From the NCBI RefSeq assembly GCF_009914755.1, contig NC_060927.1: a stretch of DNA of 64,000 bases; one strand, 5' to 3'. A program made the translations under genes and the position numbers. Positions 1 through 16,142 of the stretch are shown one piece after another. The notes under the pieces are model-generated. The model made no database searches. It saw only the letters and a list, made by a program, of their open reading frames with translations, and had not been told where the DNA came from. Numbering within the stretch: position 1 is the first letter of the stretch; every line of letters begins with the position of its first letter. This DNA is from the human T2T-CHM13v2.0 reference genome, Homo sapiens.

Positions 1-22
1 TAAAAAAAAGAAAGAAAGAAAA

Positions 23-1910
<1,888 letters not shown>

Positions 1911-1939
1911 CAGTTTTTTTCTTTTTAAAGCAAGGGGAA

Positions 1940-2545
1940 AATGCTCCTCCCTGGTCTCCCTATCTGCACTCCCCACACAGTAGCCAGAGAGGTCCTGTGA
2001 AACTCTGTCACCTCCAGCCTCTGCTCAGAACTGTGTCTCTCACTCCCTCAGAGTAAAGGCCAGGTAGCCCTCAAAGCCCCTCAACACCTGGCCCATGTGT
2101 CCTCCCAGTTTCATCTGGGCCTCACTCACCGGACGGACGCTGCCTCCTCGCTGCCCCTCTGACCGGTGAGCGCTTGTGCCCCTGCGGCCTTGCATGGCTG
2201 CTCCCTCTGCTGGGAACTTTCTCCTCCCAATATCCACACAGTCCGCCTGCTCCCCTCCTTCAGGCCTTTGCTCAATGTCCCTATTTGGTGAGGCCTTCCC
2301 TGGCCACCTATTGAAACCCGTATACTCATCTCCACCCTGGCACCCCAGCCCCTCCCCTGCTTGATTTTTCTCTGGCTGCCCTCAGCTACGTGCGTATTTT
2401 AGTTATTTATCTGCTTATTGTCTTGTCTCCTTTCACGTAATTTGAGCTTTAGGAAGGCAGGGATCATTGTCCCTGTCCAGTTCACTGGCACATAGTAGAC
2501 ACTCGACAGTGATTTGTTGAATGAATGAATGCATGAATGAATGCC
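1940..2545 (+). mobile_element. L2 3' fragment
   Basis: Ends in ggcacatagtag...tttgttgaatgaatgaatg, the L2 3' terminus. Confidence 0.75.
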
Positions 2546-2751
2546 TACAGTTGGGAGTGGGCAGGCTGTGAGACAACAGAGAGTACGGGGACTGGGGATT
2601 ACTGGGAGCTCAAGTCCCGGCTAATGCTCTCCAGCTGGTTTTTGTCTCGTGGGAAAGCATGTCATTACTGCCCAATTGACTATTTAAGAGAAGCCAGAAA
2701 TCTGGATTTTTAGTGAAATTCTAAAATTTCACTAAATTGGGGTAGAGGGAT

Positions 2752-2753
<2 letters not shown>

Positions 2754-2792
<39 letters not shown>
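2754..2792. repeat. (AC)n microsatellite
   Basis: About 19 perfect AC units. Confidence 0.97.
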
Positions 2793-2794
<2 letters not shown>

Positions 2795-2899
2795 ATATAC
2801 ATATACAAAAACATATATATCAAATATGTATATATAAGTCAAAGTGTAAAAATCTGAAGTGTATAGCATCTACCCTCCTGTGCCACCCACATCAGGGTT

Positions 2900-3510
2900 T
2901 TTAAATAGCATCTACCCTCCTGCACCAAGAAGTAGAACACTTCCAGTTTCCCAGCAGGCTCCCTCATGCCCCTTCTCGGTGAGCACTGTCCCTCCGCTCC
3001 CCCAACACGGTTCTGACCTTTATTACTGCAAACCAATGAAACCCCTCCTAGAATTTCACATGAATAGGATCGTCCAGTTAGTAGAATTTTATGTCTGGAC
3101 TCTTTTTTTTTTTTTTTTTTTTTTGCTCAGTATAATGATTCTGAGATTCATCTATGCTGTGGTGTGCACAGGTAGTTTGTTCTTTTTATTGTATGGATGC
3201 GCCATTGTGTAAATTGATCACAATTTGTTTATTCAGACACCCATTGATGGCTATTGGGCTGTTTCTGGCTTTTGGCAATTATGAGGATGTCTGCATGAAC
3301 TTCCCTGTGGCAGCCTTTGGTGGACATAAGTCTGCCTAGAAGCAGAATTTCTGGGTCCTACCTTAAGTGCATGTCTGCCCTTCATGTAAAATGACGAGGA
3401 AAAGTGGCTATAGCTTGTACTTTGCATTCCCTCCATCAGGGAATGAGAGTTCCAGTTGCTCCACAGTCTTGCCAATACTTGACATTGTTGGTCTTTGATT
3501 TCACCAGTGC
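2900..3510 (-). mobile_element. Ancient L1 (L1ME-like) fragment
   Basis: Antisense L1 3' motifs (gagattcatctatgctgt, ttgatggctattgggctgtttc, atgagagttccagttgctccaca). Confidence 0.7.
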
Positions 3511-3858
3511 TTTATCTGGAGAGTCCAGGCATGGTCATGGTTGAAGTCTCTGCTCTCAGCTCCCACCTCAGTCTTCCTTCAGCCAGTCTGACCTGATGAC
3601 CTCTTGCTTTCCTGCTCCTAGAAATGCCCCTGTGCTTTAGGCAGCCCCTCCAGCTGTTTCTCTTCCCATGGGGCAAGGAATTTGCAGGACCCAGGGGACA
3701 CCCCTTCTTGGAGCACACCCCATCCCCTTCTAGACCAGGCCATGAGTATTCAGTACCTGAAGATTCTCTGTTCCCATGTCCCAGTGTCCTGAAGCCCATT
3801 TCCAGGGCCTGTGTGGGCCTCTTTCCCAGCCCACGCTCCTAAGGGCAGACCATCCTCT

Positions 3859-4420
3859 CGAGATGGGAGAGCAGCAGGACTTGTTTTCCAAGCCTCAGTT
3901 ACAGACCTGCTAATCAAGGCAGGATATAGCAAAGAAACTGGTGCAAACCAGCTAGGACCAGGATGGTGATGAAAGCAACCTCTAGTTGCCCTCATTAGTC
4001 ATTATATGCTAATTATAATACATTTGCATAAGATACTCCCACCAGCCCCATGACAGTTTTCAAATGCATGGCAACACCCAGGAAGTTACCTTATATGATT
4101 CCTGGAACTCCTCACCCATTTTCCAGAAAGTTCATGAATAACCTACCCTTTATTTAGCGTATAATTAAGAGAGGGTCTAAAAAGAGCTAGCATATAATTA
4201 AGAGAGGGTCTAAAAAGAGCTAGGCAGCAATGCACGAGTGCTACTCTGGGCCCCTCTGCCTGTGGGAGAGCCCTGCTCTGTCTATAGGGCAGCGTTTTGC
4301 TGTACACTGCTGCTCTAATAAACTTGCTTTCTTTCACTGATGCTGGCTCTTGAATTCTTTCCTGAGTGAAGCCAAGAACCTACCAAGGCTAAGCCCTAAC
4401 TTTGGGGTTCACCTGCATCA
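3859..4420 (+). mobile_element. ERV1 solo LTR, MER41/MER66-group
   Basis: MER41-type core (cattatatgctaattataat...ctcccaccagc.ccatgacagttt.caaatgc.atggcaac...ggaagttacc); AATAAA ~4317; ends ...tgcatCA; TSD CTCT at 3855-3858 and 4421-4424. Confidence 0.82.
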
Positions 4421-4986
4421 CTCTGGCGTGTGTACTACTAAATCTGAAGGTTGGCCAAGGACAGCTGCAGGTTGGGGTGTTCATCTGCAAGTGTGTGAAG
4501 ACCTTAGCTGTAGAGGATGAAGCCTGGGGTCAGGAAGAGAAAGCGGGTGGGCTGCAAGCTGGGGCGACTTTCCCCACACTCTCACATGTGAAACTTCCGA
4601 GAGTCTAGTAATCCCAGATTTCTACCTAGCTTCCAGGCTATTATGCACCTTGGACTTCTATAACAAAGTGCCACACACTGAGTGCCTGAAGCAGCAAAAT
4701 GTATTCTCTTCACCTGGGATCAGAAGCTCAAAATCGAGGTGTCAGCAGAGTCGGTTCTTTCCAAGGGATGTGAGGGAAGGATCTGTTCCACCAAACACCC
4801 ATGAGTCCAGCAAACCACCAGGAGCAAGGAGAGACCAGGTGTTCAGTCCTACAGTGTCACCTGCGGGCCTTGTGACCAAACGGCCTCATTGTCCTCTCTG
4901 GGTCTCAGTTTGTCTGCAAAATGGGAAACTTAGCTCAAGATAAAAAAAACTGATTGTTGTCTTCCTGTCAAATTTCCTCCATATGT

Positions 4987-5287
4987 GTTTTGTTTGTTTG
5001 TTTGAGACAGGATCTTACTCTGTCACCTAGGGTGGAGTGCAGTGGTGCGATCTTGGCTCACTGCAACCTCCGCCTCCCAGGCTCAAACGATTCTTGTGCC
5101 TCCATCTCCTAAGTAGCTGGGATTACAGGCATGCTCCACCACACCCAGCTAATTTTTTCTATTTTTAGTAGTGATGGGGTTTTACCATGTTGGTCAGGCT
5201 GGTCTCAAACTCCTCGACTCAAGTTGATCTGCTCACCTCGGCCTCCCAAAGTGCTGAGATTATAGGCGTGAGCCACCATGCCCAGCC
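4987..5287 (-). mobile_element. Alu
   Basis: Full dimer with (TTTG)n tail. Confidence 0.93.
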
Positions 5288-5420
5288 CCCAGATATGTTT
5301 TGTTTGACCTACGTAGTGATGTATAAACTTTGAATTGGTTGCCAACCTGTAAAAATCAAGAAATTTCATCTAAAACCCAAATTTCTGGCCTCTTTTGAGA
5401 AATGAGCCCTTTTTCTCTTA

Positions 5421-5990
<570 letters not shown>

Positions 5991-6607
5991 CTAAGTGTTG
6001 ATGAAAAGGATTCCAAGAGGTAGGGGATAGATTGCCAGACAAAGCAAGTAAAAATACAGAACTCTCAGTGTGGCAGCTCTCGGTGGGGACTTGAGGAGCT
6101 GGGTTTCAGGGAGGGCCGCACAGTTCAGTGCAATTCCGAATTGTACCACCATGGGGAAGCAGAGCCACAAAGTTGACCTGAGTGGTCCGGTTGGGTTCCT
6201 CTGCCAGGACCTCGGGGGCCAGGAGTGCCCGGGGCTGCCTGGAACTGAGGAGTGGTGGGAAGCTGAAAGGAGATGGAGGAGGGAGGAGCTGGGGACTGTG
6301 CCTGACCCAGTGTCCAACAGCTGAGGGAGGCCAGAGGAGGGAAAGGTCCTAGTGGGTGCAATCAGGGCAGGCTTCAAGAAAAGGACAGGCCTTAAAGACT
6401 GGCAAGATTTGGATAGAAACGGGAGGGCCCTCTGGGAGGGAGGCATGGCTTGAGCAAAGGTTTGCAGAAGGAATGAGCTTCATGGGAAGTGTGTCCTTGC
6501 CTGAGGCAGGGTGACAGTGTCTGAAATTCTGAAACACGTCTCAAGACATTGTTTTAGTCATGATCAAGTAACAGAAACCCACCTCAAATTGAGTTAAGAA
6601 AAAAAGA

Positions 6608-6930
<323 letters not shown>

Positions 6931-7487
6931 TTATTCCCTCATGTAACTAAAAAGTCCATCAAATGATGTCATCATGCATCTGCCTCTCTTTATCTCTCAG
7001 CTCTGCCTCTCTCTGTAGTGATTCTGTTCCAGGCCACCTTCCTTCTCCCAGTGGCAATGTGGCTGCCCACAGCTCCAGGCAGACTCCCTAAAACAACTTA
7101 GCCACCACCAGCAAGAGACGACCTCATTCACAGTGACTCCACAGACATCCTGGGGATCACTGATTGGCCTAGACTGTGTCATATGCCTATCCAGAAGCTA
7201 GTTGCTGCAACTCTCATGGATATGGTCTCAGTCACAGGCCACCTCTGGTATGCAGATAGATCTGTCCACTCAATGCCCCTGGACTGATATTGGGGTTGGG
7301 GGTGGTCTCCAAAGGAAAGGCAGGGTGGTCTCAGAAGATGGGACAGTGAGTGCTGGGCAGACAAAAAGAAGAGCGGTCCCAACCAGGTTTTCACCCGAGG
7401 AATGATGAGTCAGTAACTGTGGAGCAGGGCGGAGTGGGGCATGGAGTTTATTCTAGCTGTCTGTCTGTTCATTTGTTTGTTTAGCTT

Positions 7488-7806
<319 letters not shown>

Positions 7807-7825
7807 AGTTGGTTTAGCTTTTAAA

Positions 7826-7914
7826 TGTGAATGTGTGTGAGTGTGTGTGTGTGTGTATGTGTGTGAGTATGTCTGGGTGAATGTGTGTGTGAATGTGTGT
7901 GTGAATGTGTGTGT
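7826..7914. repeat. Imperfect (TG)n/(TGTGTGTGTGAA)n tract
   Basis: Direct reading. Confidence 0.9.
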
Positions 7915-7974
7915 CTTCCAGTGTGCCTTGCCTCGATGGCTGCAGCCTGAACTCACTTAAAAAGTAATTCATGG

Positions 7975-9230
7975 CAGCTACCAGGTACCAGGAACAGTGC
8001 TGGAAGCCGAGAGCACTGCAATGAGCAAAAAAGATAAAGTCCTTGCCTTCCTGAATTTACATTCTGGCGGGAGAGACGGATAAAAACAGAGACCATTAAA
8101 TACACAATGTGTTAGGTAACAACTAAGAGAAGGTTGATCGGTATGTGCACAGGTGTGTGTATGTGTGCGTGCCCATATACCCATGTGTGTCGTGTGTGTG
8201 CATGCATGCATATGTGATGTCCTGTGCAGGATGGCCAGGAGGAGGAACATTTGAGCAGGGGTCCAAAAGAGGTGGGTAGTGAGCCAAGCAAAGATCTGGG
8301 CCCAGCAGTCCAGGTGGAAGGAACAGCAAGTACGAAGGCCCTGAGGCGGGAATGGGCATGGTGTTTTCAGGTATCAACAAAAGTCCTCTGACACTGAGCT
8401 AAGGGGAGAGTGGCGGGAGGGAGGACAGAGGAGTACAGGAGGCAGGTGGTGGTGCAGGGCCTTGCGGGCCACTGTAGGGACTTTGGCTTTTACTCTCCCC
8501 AAAACAGGGAGCCCTAGGATGGTTCTGAGAAGTGAAGGGACGTGATCTGACTTCGGTTTTGAGAAAACTGCCTGGCAGCTGTGTAGAAAGTAGATCACAG
8601 GGGCCAGGGCACAAGCAGGGCGGCTGGAGTGGAGGCTGCTGCAGTTGTCTGGGTGAGCGGTGAAGGCGGCTGGACCAGGGTGGCTGCTCTGGAGGTGCAC
8701 GGGTGGGTGGAACTCCAAATGTATTTTGCAGGATGAGCCAATACAATTTGCTGATGGTTGGGGGTGGGGCATGATAAAAAGAGAGGAATCAAGAATGATC
8801 CAAAAGTTTTTTTGCCTGAGCAACTGTTAGGTTAGAGTTGCCTTTTCCAGAGACAGAAAGATTACAACAGAAGCAGTCGGCAAATATTTGAGAACATACT
8901 ATGTGCCGAGGTTACACCTAGAAGCATGGCAACCTTGTCTTGGAGCTTGGCAAGAGAGACAGACAAGAACCACTGAACAAGTAGGTAGAGGAGAAAATAC
9001 CAGCTGGTAAGAAGGGCCACTTAGAGCAACAGAACAGGGTGATGGGAGTCTGCATTTTATTCAAAGAGCAGCCAGGAACTGTGGGAGGGTTTGCAGCAGA
9101 GACAGAATCTGCTGTACCCTTTAGAAGACCACTCTGGAATAGACTGTTGGGGGCAAGATGAGACAGGGAGACCCGTGGGGAAGCTGGTGAGGAGGCTGCC
9201 GAGGCCTGAAGGTGGGAGATAGTGGCACTG
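7975..9230 (-). mobile_element. L2 fragments
   Basis: Antisense L2 motifs (gactttggcttttactct, gacgtgatctgactt, gagaggaatcaagaatga, ggcctgagcaactg). Confidence 0.75.
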
Positions 9231-9847
9231 CCGTCAAAGACCTCTAGCAGACGAACAGGGGTAGGAAACCGACTCCTGTTCTCTGTGAGAGGCATTTTAG
9301 GAGCATAGTGGCATCACTGTCCCCCTTCCAGGGGCTTGGACAGGTGCCTTTGCCCCGGGAGTCTCAACTCCCCAGTCTCTGCCACTTCCTCGGTGACTGT
9401 CGCATCCTCACGGATCCCTTCATCACCTTTTTGTTTCCCTATAATCAACTCCATCTCTGGATTTTCTTCATTTCCTCAGAGCTGCTCCACTATGGCTCAT
9501 ATCCTGTTGTTCCAGAACCCTTGCCCACCAGTACGCCCTCCTCTCTGGTGATGCCTTTCCAAAGCTTCTCCTGGGGTTGCAGGGTGGGGCTCCCACCCTT
9601 ACTATACCCTGCAGCCCCATTTCTGCTTTTCACCTCTCCATCTGCAAAAACACTCCTGGCCATCTCAACACTTCTTTCTAAGTATCAGTGTTAAATCACA
9701 ACCAAGTGTGTGCTCAGCACTTTACAGTTAGCACCATTCACCCTCCCATTTCACAGCCCGGGAAGGTGGGCCCTTGAGGGGAAAGAACCAGCTGTGGCAG
9801 ACACCTGGCTTTATCACTTCCTAACTCTGACTCTGGGCCAGTCCTTT

Positions 9848-10412
9848 TGTTACCAACAAAGCCTGTCCCCCAGAAGATGGAGCCTTTTCCTGTTCTGTGC
9901 TGCGAAGCCAATACACGAACCCAAAAGTAAGCATGAAACAGTGCATGCTTTATTCGACGGCCTTTATTGAGAAGTGGGAGTTTGGCTCACAAATCAACTT
10001 CTCAGCTCCTGAGAGCTGGGAAACCATAGATACAGGCTTCATCTTTAATGAAAAAGTTGGGCATTAAAAGCAAGGGGAGGAATATCCATGTCTTTTCTGG
10101 AAATGGGAGAACTCCTTGGAACCAGAGTTACTACCTTCCTTTTTGTCCCTTTATGGTTTCTTCTGGCCATTGTCATGGCAATGTCAACTGTCATGACACT
10201 GATGGGAGTGTCATTTAGCAAGGAAATTATATTATAATGAAGTTAGAGGTTCTTTGGAGGTCAAGTGAGCTGCCGTCTTGCATCTCACCAGTTTCAGCCA
10301 GTTTGGTCACAAAGGTGAACTTCTGGCCTTGGCATCCTGTTTTTTAAAGATAAGCAGAGTTAAGGCAGGGCAGAAATTCAGCTAGATCATGTAGGCATTA
10401 CACTGGTTAACA
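9848..10412 (-). mobile_element. ERV1 solo LTR (MER41-related group) inserted in a MIR
   Basis: TGTTA...TAACA termini; near-TSD CCTTT/CCATT; antisense MER41-like core (tgtcatggcaatgtcaactgtcatgacactgatgggagtgtc); MIR resumes at cctcagtttcctc. Confidence 0.72.
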
Positions 10413-10749
10413 CCATTTGGTACCTCAGTTTCCTCAGACGTAAAATAGGCATCACAATCATTGTGGCACATGTGAAGGGCCAGTGCAGCCCACAGCACTT
10501 GGAGGTTGCTCAGTAAGTAAGAATTCCCTTCCCTACAGTTGGTTACCTGGGCAGGAGTTGCAACTCATAGTTGCAACCAGCCAAGGACTTGTTTTATTTG
10601 GCTCACATTGTGGCTTCTCTAATCTGAATTTGGATGTTTTTAGAAGCGGCACACATTTCCAGGAGGACAGGGACCCCACCACCCCTCATATTTCAAAAAA
10701 TACCAGATAGCTCCCACATATCTGTTCACTGCTTAGCCCTAAAAGCATT

Positions 10750-11255
10750 TGTGGCAGATTGTATTTTCCAAGGTGGCCACAACTACATCTCCCATTCCAC
10801 ATACTCTTCATGCAATGTGACACTGATAGCCCTCCCATCGAGAGGTGGGGTCTATGTTTTCTCCTCAAGAATCAGATATGTGAGTACAGCACAAAGAATG
10901 CTATGTGGCTTCCAAGGCTAGGTCATGTAAGGCAACACAGTTTCTACCTGGTTCTGTCGGGACACTTGCTCTTGGAACCTAGCTGCCATGCTGTGAGGAA
11001 GCTCAAGCTACATGGAGAGGCCAGGTGTAGATTTTCAGCCAACACCTTCGGCTGATGTTTCAAATAGCCAGCAGCAACCACCAGGTATGTGAGTAAGGAA
11101 GCCTTTAAAATAACTCAAGCTCTTGGATTGCGGCTACATAAAAATACCTCCAAGCAAGATCCACGTTACCATACCCAGTCAACCCCCAGGAGACTATAAT
11201 GACTGCTGTTGCTTTTAGCCAGTAAATTGCAGGGTTATTTGTTACTCAGCAATAC
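10750..11255 (+). mobile_element. MaLR LTR (MLT1-type)
   Basis: tgtggcagattgtattttccaa.gtggccaca start; gctgccatgctgtgaggaagc; ends ttgttactcagcaata. Confidence 0.8.
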
Positions 11256-12140
11256 ACTCCTTTACTATGGCCAAAAAAGGGCAGAGTTAGAAATTGAATC
11301 CAGGACTGTCCATTTCCAGGACTTTCCAGAACTCACATAATCCACTTATCTGGCAGTTGTTGTATCTACCGTTTCATTTAGGGAAACAGACAGTGAAGAG
11401 AAATGGCTAAAATAAAAGAACTTTTGAAGAGGAAGGAACTCAGCTAACCACAGCAACATGGAGTCTCATGTTCCATGAAGAACACGTATAAGCCCCTGCT
11501 GTGTATTCCAGTGGGCTGCTGGACACCCATGGAGTTGTGAAAGTAAACCAAGGACATAAGTATTGTGATTCTGATTATATCCCTAGCCACAGTGGGACCT
11601 TGTATCCAGTAGTGCTCAATGCATGCTTACTATTCAGGGTGAAGACAACATTTGAGCTAGAATCAAGAAGTCTTTTCCACAGCAATAAACAATGTAGTGA
11701 CAAGTGCAGTGACGAAAAATAAAGCTAGGTAAGAGGATAGTGAGTGATAGGAACTGCTGTTTTAGTGTGGGTGGCCAACGGAGGCCTCTCTAAGGCGGTG
11801 AAATCTGAGCTGAGGCTGGACGGAGGGAGCGAGCCATGGAGCTCTCTAGGGAGTATCTGGATGGAGGGAATAGCAGGTGCAATGGTGCCAAGGTGGGACT
11901 GGGAGGCCGGATGCTGGTGAGGAGCAAGTGTGGATGACAGCAGAGGAGACAAGGTCAGACCAATGGGGGTGGACTGGGTGGGCCTGCCTTTTAGTCTGGG
12001 TAAGATGGGGAGCTGCTAAAGGCAGGTGGAGGAAGAGGGTAGCCTAAGCTTCCAAACGGCCACTGTGGACATCACCAGGAATCCCTGACTCTGCCACTCA
12101 ACGCTTCCTTTCTCCCTGTGGTATGGAGGCCACTAGCTGC

Positions 12141-12448
12141 TTCTTCTTCTTTTTTTTTTTTTTTTTTGAGACGGAGTCTCTCTCTGTTGCCCAGGCTGGA
12201 GTGCAGTGGCACGATCTCGGCTCAGTGCAAGCTCTGCCTCCCGGGTTCACGCCATTCTCCTGCCTCTGCCTCCTGAGTAGCTGGGACTACAGGCGCCCAC
12301 CACCACGCCCGGCTAATTTTTTGTATTTTTAGTAGAGATGGGGTTTCACCATGTTAGCCAGGATGGTCTCAATCTCCTGACTTCGTGATCCACCCGCCTC
12401 GGCCTCCCAAAGTGCTGGGATTACAGGCGTGAGCCACCATGCCCGGCC
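12141..12448 (-). mobile_element. AluY
   Basis: AluY diagnostics (gcaagctc.gcctcccgggttcacgccattctc; ttagccaggatggtctc); TSD AGGCCACTAGCT. Confidence 0.93.
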
Positions 12449-12559
12449 AAGGCCACTAGCTTCTCCAGGCACACTGCTGGCCACTCTGCAACCTCAAAAG
12501 GAGGGAAGAAACTTGTTTCCAGCAGGTCCAACAGTAGTCCTAAGATTGGAGCCCGTTGG

Positions 12560-12845
12560 AAGCTCTCCTAGCTTCTGGTGGTGGCTGGCAGTCCTTGGCA
12601 TTCCTTGCCCTGTAGATGAATCTCTCCAGTCTCTGTCTATATTGTCACATGGTCATCTCTCTGTGTCTTTTCTCCTCTGCTTATGAGGACACCAGTCATA
12701 CTGGAATGAGAGTATACCTACTCAGGTATGACCTCATCTTAACATACAACTGCAGTGACCCTAATAAGGTAACTTTCTGAGATATGAGGAGTTAGGACTT
12801 TGACATATCTTCTGTTGGGGGGACACAGTTCAACCTGTAACAGGT
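12560..12845 (-). mobile_element. MaLR LTR fragment (MLT1)
   Basis: ctagcttctggtggtggctggcagtccttggcattccttg...ggacaccagtcat...gacctcatcttaac. Confidence 0.75.
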
Positions 12846-14722
12846 TTCTTGGGGCCATGGTCCAGTTGTTTGTACTCACACTTCAGACAGCCATTGCCCA
12901 AGAATTGTCCCCTGTGGGAAGACATTTGGGGTAAGGTGGCACCCATATGCCAAGGACAGGTCTCAGGAGAAGGGGGCAGCTATGCTCTTCAGCAGCCAAC
13001 ACTCACAGCAGCTGGGGAATGGGTGTGTCAGCAAGTAAAGGGGATATGGGCCCAGCACCCATTGGATCTAGATGGGCAAATTGTTTAACCTCTCTATGCC
13101 TCAGTTTCTTCAGGTGGAAAATAGTTGTAGAGTGGCTGCCTCAGGGATAGGTTAGGATGGAAATAATTCATATTCTTAGAACAGTGCCTGACACATGGTA
13201 AGCCCTTGGAAATGTTAGCTATTATTAATGACAATTTGGGCCATGGTGGGTGTGAGAGGCCCTCTGGGAAGTAGCAGGATTCATTCTCAGCTCATGGTCT
13301 GGCCTCTGCTCATCCTTCCTGACTGACTCCAAAACATCCCCGAGAAGTGTTAATTCACTACAAACAAAAACACGAGACAAGCCCTTCAAGACCATCGAAC
13401 GCAGTCCTCCATGACTATTTCACAGATGGGAAAACTGAGGACAAGCAATGAATTTCTCAAGTAATAAATGACAGGCAATATGGTGGTGGTTAAGTGAAAG
13501 ACTTTGGACTCAGACAGACTTGGGGGCTTGAATCCCAGCTGAGTGACCTTGGGCCAGTACCTCTGCCTCTCTGGGACTCAGTTTCCTTGTGTATAAAATG
13601 GGTCATGATCGTACCTATGGTTGAACATTCCGTGATGCTCTCTAAATATTCATTCTGTATTAGCTCCTGTGTCATACCGATGTTATTGTGAAGCATGGGC
13701 ACATATGTGGCCATTCTGGAGGGAAGGGGACATTTTCAGCTCCCAGGACACCCTGGCCTGAGAGGTTTTGGCTCCAGGCCCCTCACCCTGGCTCTAGTCC
13801 TGCTGTGCTGTCTCCCATCTCAGCAGAGGCCCCTGTCTGGCCCAGGCTGTGGTCCTCCCAGGAAATCGATATCCTGAGGCTGACACCCACCTCCCCAGCA
13901 CCTTTGAGCTGCTTAATTGTATGGATGTGGTGCTGCTGCCATGGCCTCGTTTTCATCAGAGCTGTGTGGGCCACAGCCGTGCTTGGTTGAGAGGTACATT
14001 CATTATAGAGTCAGCTTTTATTGGGACTTCTAGAGGGCCTGGGGATGAGGAGTGAAGCAAGCAGGCACGCTTCCTCCCCAGGGTGCAGCCAGGCGTCTAG
14101 TCCAGGCTGCTGATAATAACAGCCAACATTCACTTAGGGCTTACTGTGTGCCAAACGCCATCCTAAAGGCATTACAAATATTAACTCACAGCAGCCCTGT
14201 GAAGTTAGTATTATGGTTATTATCCTCATCCCCATTTTACAGGTGGGACAACCGAGGCTCTGAGGAGTGAAGTGACTTGGTCAAGGTCACTCAGATAACA
14301 AGTGCAGCCAAGGGCTCTAGAGCCTGGGTGTTCAACCCCTGCCCTGTGCTGCCTCAGTGTTGGTGGTGTTGAAAAGTGTGATGTCAACAATAACATAGCA
14401 GCTTCCATTTACTATGAGTTAGCAGGAGTCAGGCATAGCACCATGTACCTCTACGTACAAACTTTATTCCACCCCAGCTCTGAGATAAGGGTGAACAGCC
14501 CCATTTTATAAATGAGCCATGTGGGCAGTTGGTGGGGGAGGGTGAAGGCACTTGCTCAAGGCCACACAGCTCATTGAGGAAACAGCTGTTTTGTTTTTTA
14601 CTCCAGGCAGGTCCTGCTCAAAGCCTAGGCTCTTAACCGACTTCCTCTGCTGCCTCACATTCTCTTTCTGTTTGACTTCTTCGGGAGGTCACTGCCCATC
14701 TCTGGGCTTCAGTGCACCTTTT

Positions 14723-14929
<207 letters not shown>

Positions 14930-15842
14930 TAAGTGCCTAGACTGGAGTTGAGGGCTGGGGCAGGTACAAAGGAGGGAGGGGAGGCCGGGGTCTCTGCCCT
15001 CGGGGTGTCAGATGCCTGCCTCCATCCCCAAGGCGGCATTTCTCCCAGTGCCTCTTACTGGTGGGGCACAAGCCACCTGCAGCATGATGCCTGGAGTGCT
15101 TGTTAGTAAGGCTGGTGCCAGCCCTAGAAATTCTGATTCAGGAGGCCTAGGTTGGGGCCTAGGAACCTGCATTTAAAGAAGCATGTCAGGGGATGCTGAT
15201 ACACAGCCTCCACAGGCCCCATGGATTCAGATTCTGCCCGACTCTGCTCTTAATTAAAAAGTCTTACAAAGAGAATACAAAGAATCAAGAAGGTGATTTT
15301 CGTCATTTAACAAACTAATTCAAAATTAAACAAGTTTTAAAAATTATGAAGATAACATGTGTTCATGTTAAAACATTCAAACAGTATAGGAGGATGAAGT
15401 AGTAACTTTTGGCTTTTCTCCCTCCCACTGTCTCCTGGAACTGTCCAAAGAAAACCACTTGCCAAATGCTCATTGATCACCCCCTTGGAGCCTGGGACAG
15501 CAGGGGACTAGACAGATGCAGTCCCTCGCCCCGACCATGGCAGTTGATGTGTATGGAGTGCTTACTGTGGCCAGGCCCATCCTACCTACTTCCCCATGCT
15601 TACAGTGGTGTCACAGGCGGTCCTACGATTTTTCTCCTTTTATAGACGAGAATGGAGTTTATTATCGAAATCATGATTTTCCAAAGTTGTCCCAGTTCAA
15701 CCTGCATCAGAAACACTTGAGCCTGCCATGCAGAATGCTGATTCCTGGGCTTCAACCTGCCAATTTCCTAGAGCGGAGGTAGGAGGCTGCATTTTTATGC
15801 ACACGCCCCATTTCTACCTACACATTTTCTGACCCCCATTAA

Positions 15843-16142
15843 TTTTTTTTTTTTTTTTTTTGAGACAGAGTCTCACTCTCTCGCCCAGGCTGGAGTGCAG
15901 TGGCGCGTTTCGGCTCACTGCAACCTCCATCTCCCCAGTTCAAGCGATTCTCATGCCTCAGCCTCCTGAGTAGCTGGGATTATCGGCGTGCGCCACCATA
16001 CCCTGCTAATTTTTGTATTTTTAGTAGAGACAGAGTTTCGCCATGTTGGCCAAGCTGGTCTCAAACCCCTGACCTCAAGTGATCCACCCACCTCAGCCTC
16101 CCGAAGTGCTGGGATTACAGGCATAAGCCGCCACACCTGGCC
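15843..16142 (-). mobile_element. AluS
   Basis: Full dimer with poly(T). Confidence 0.94.
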
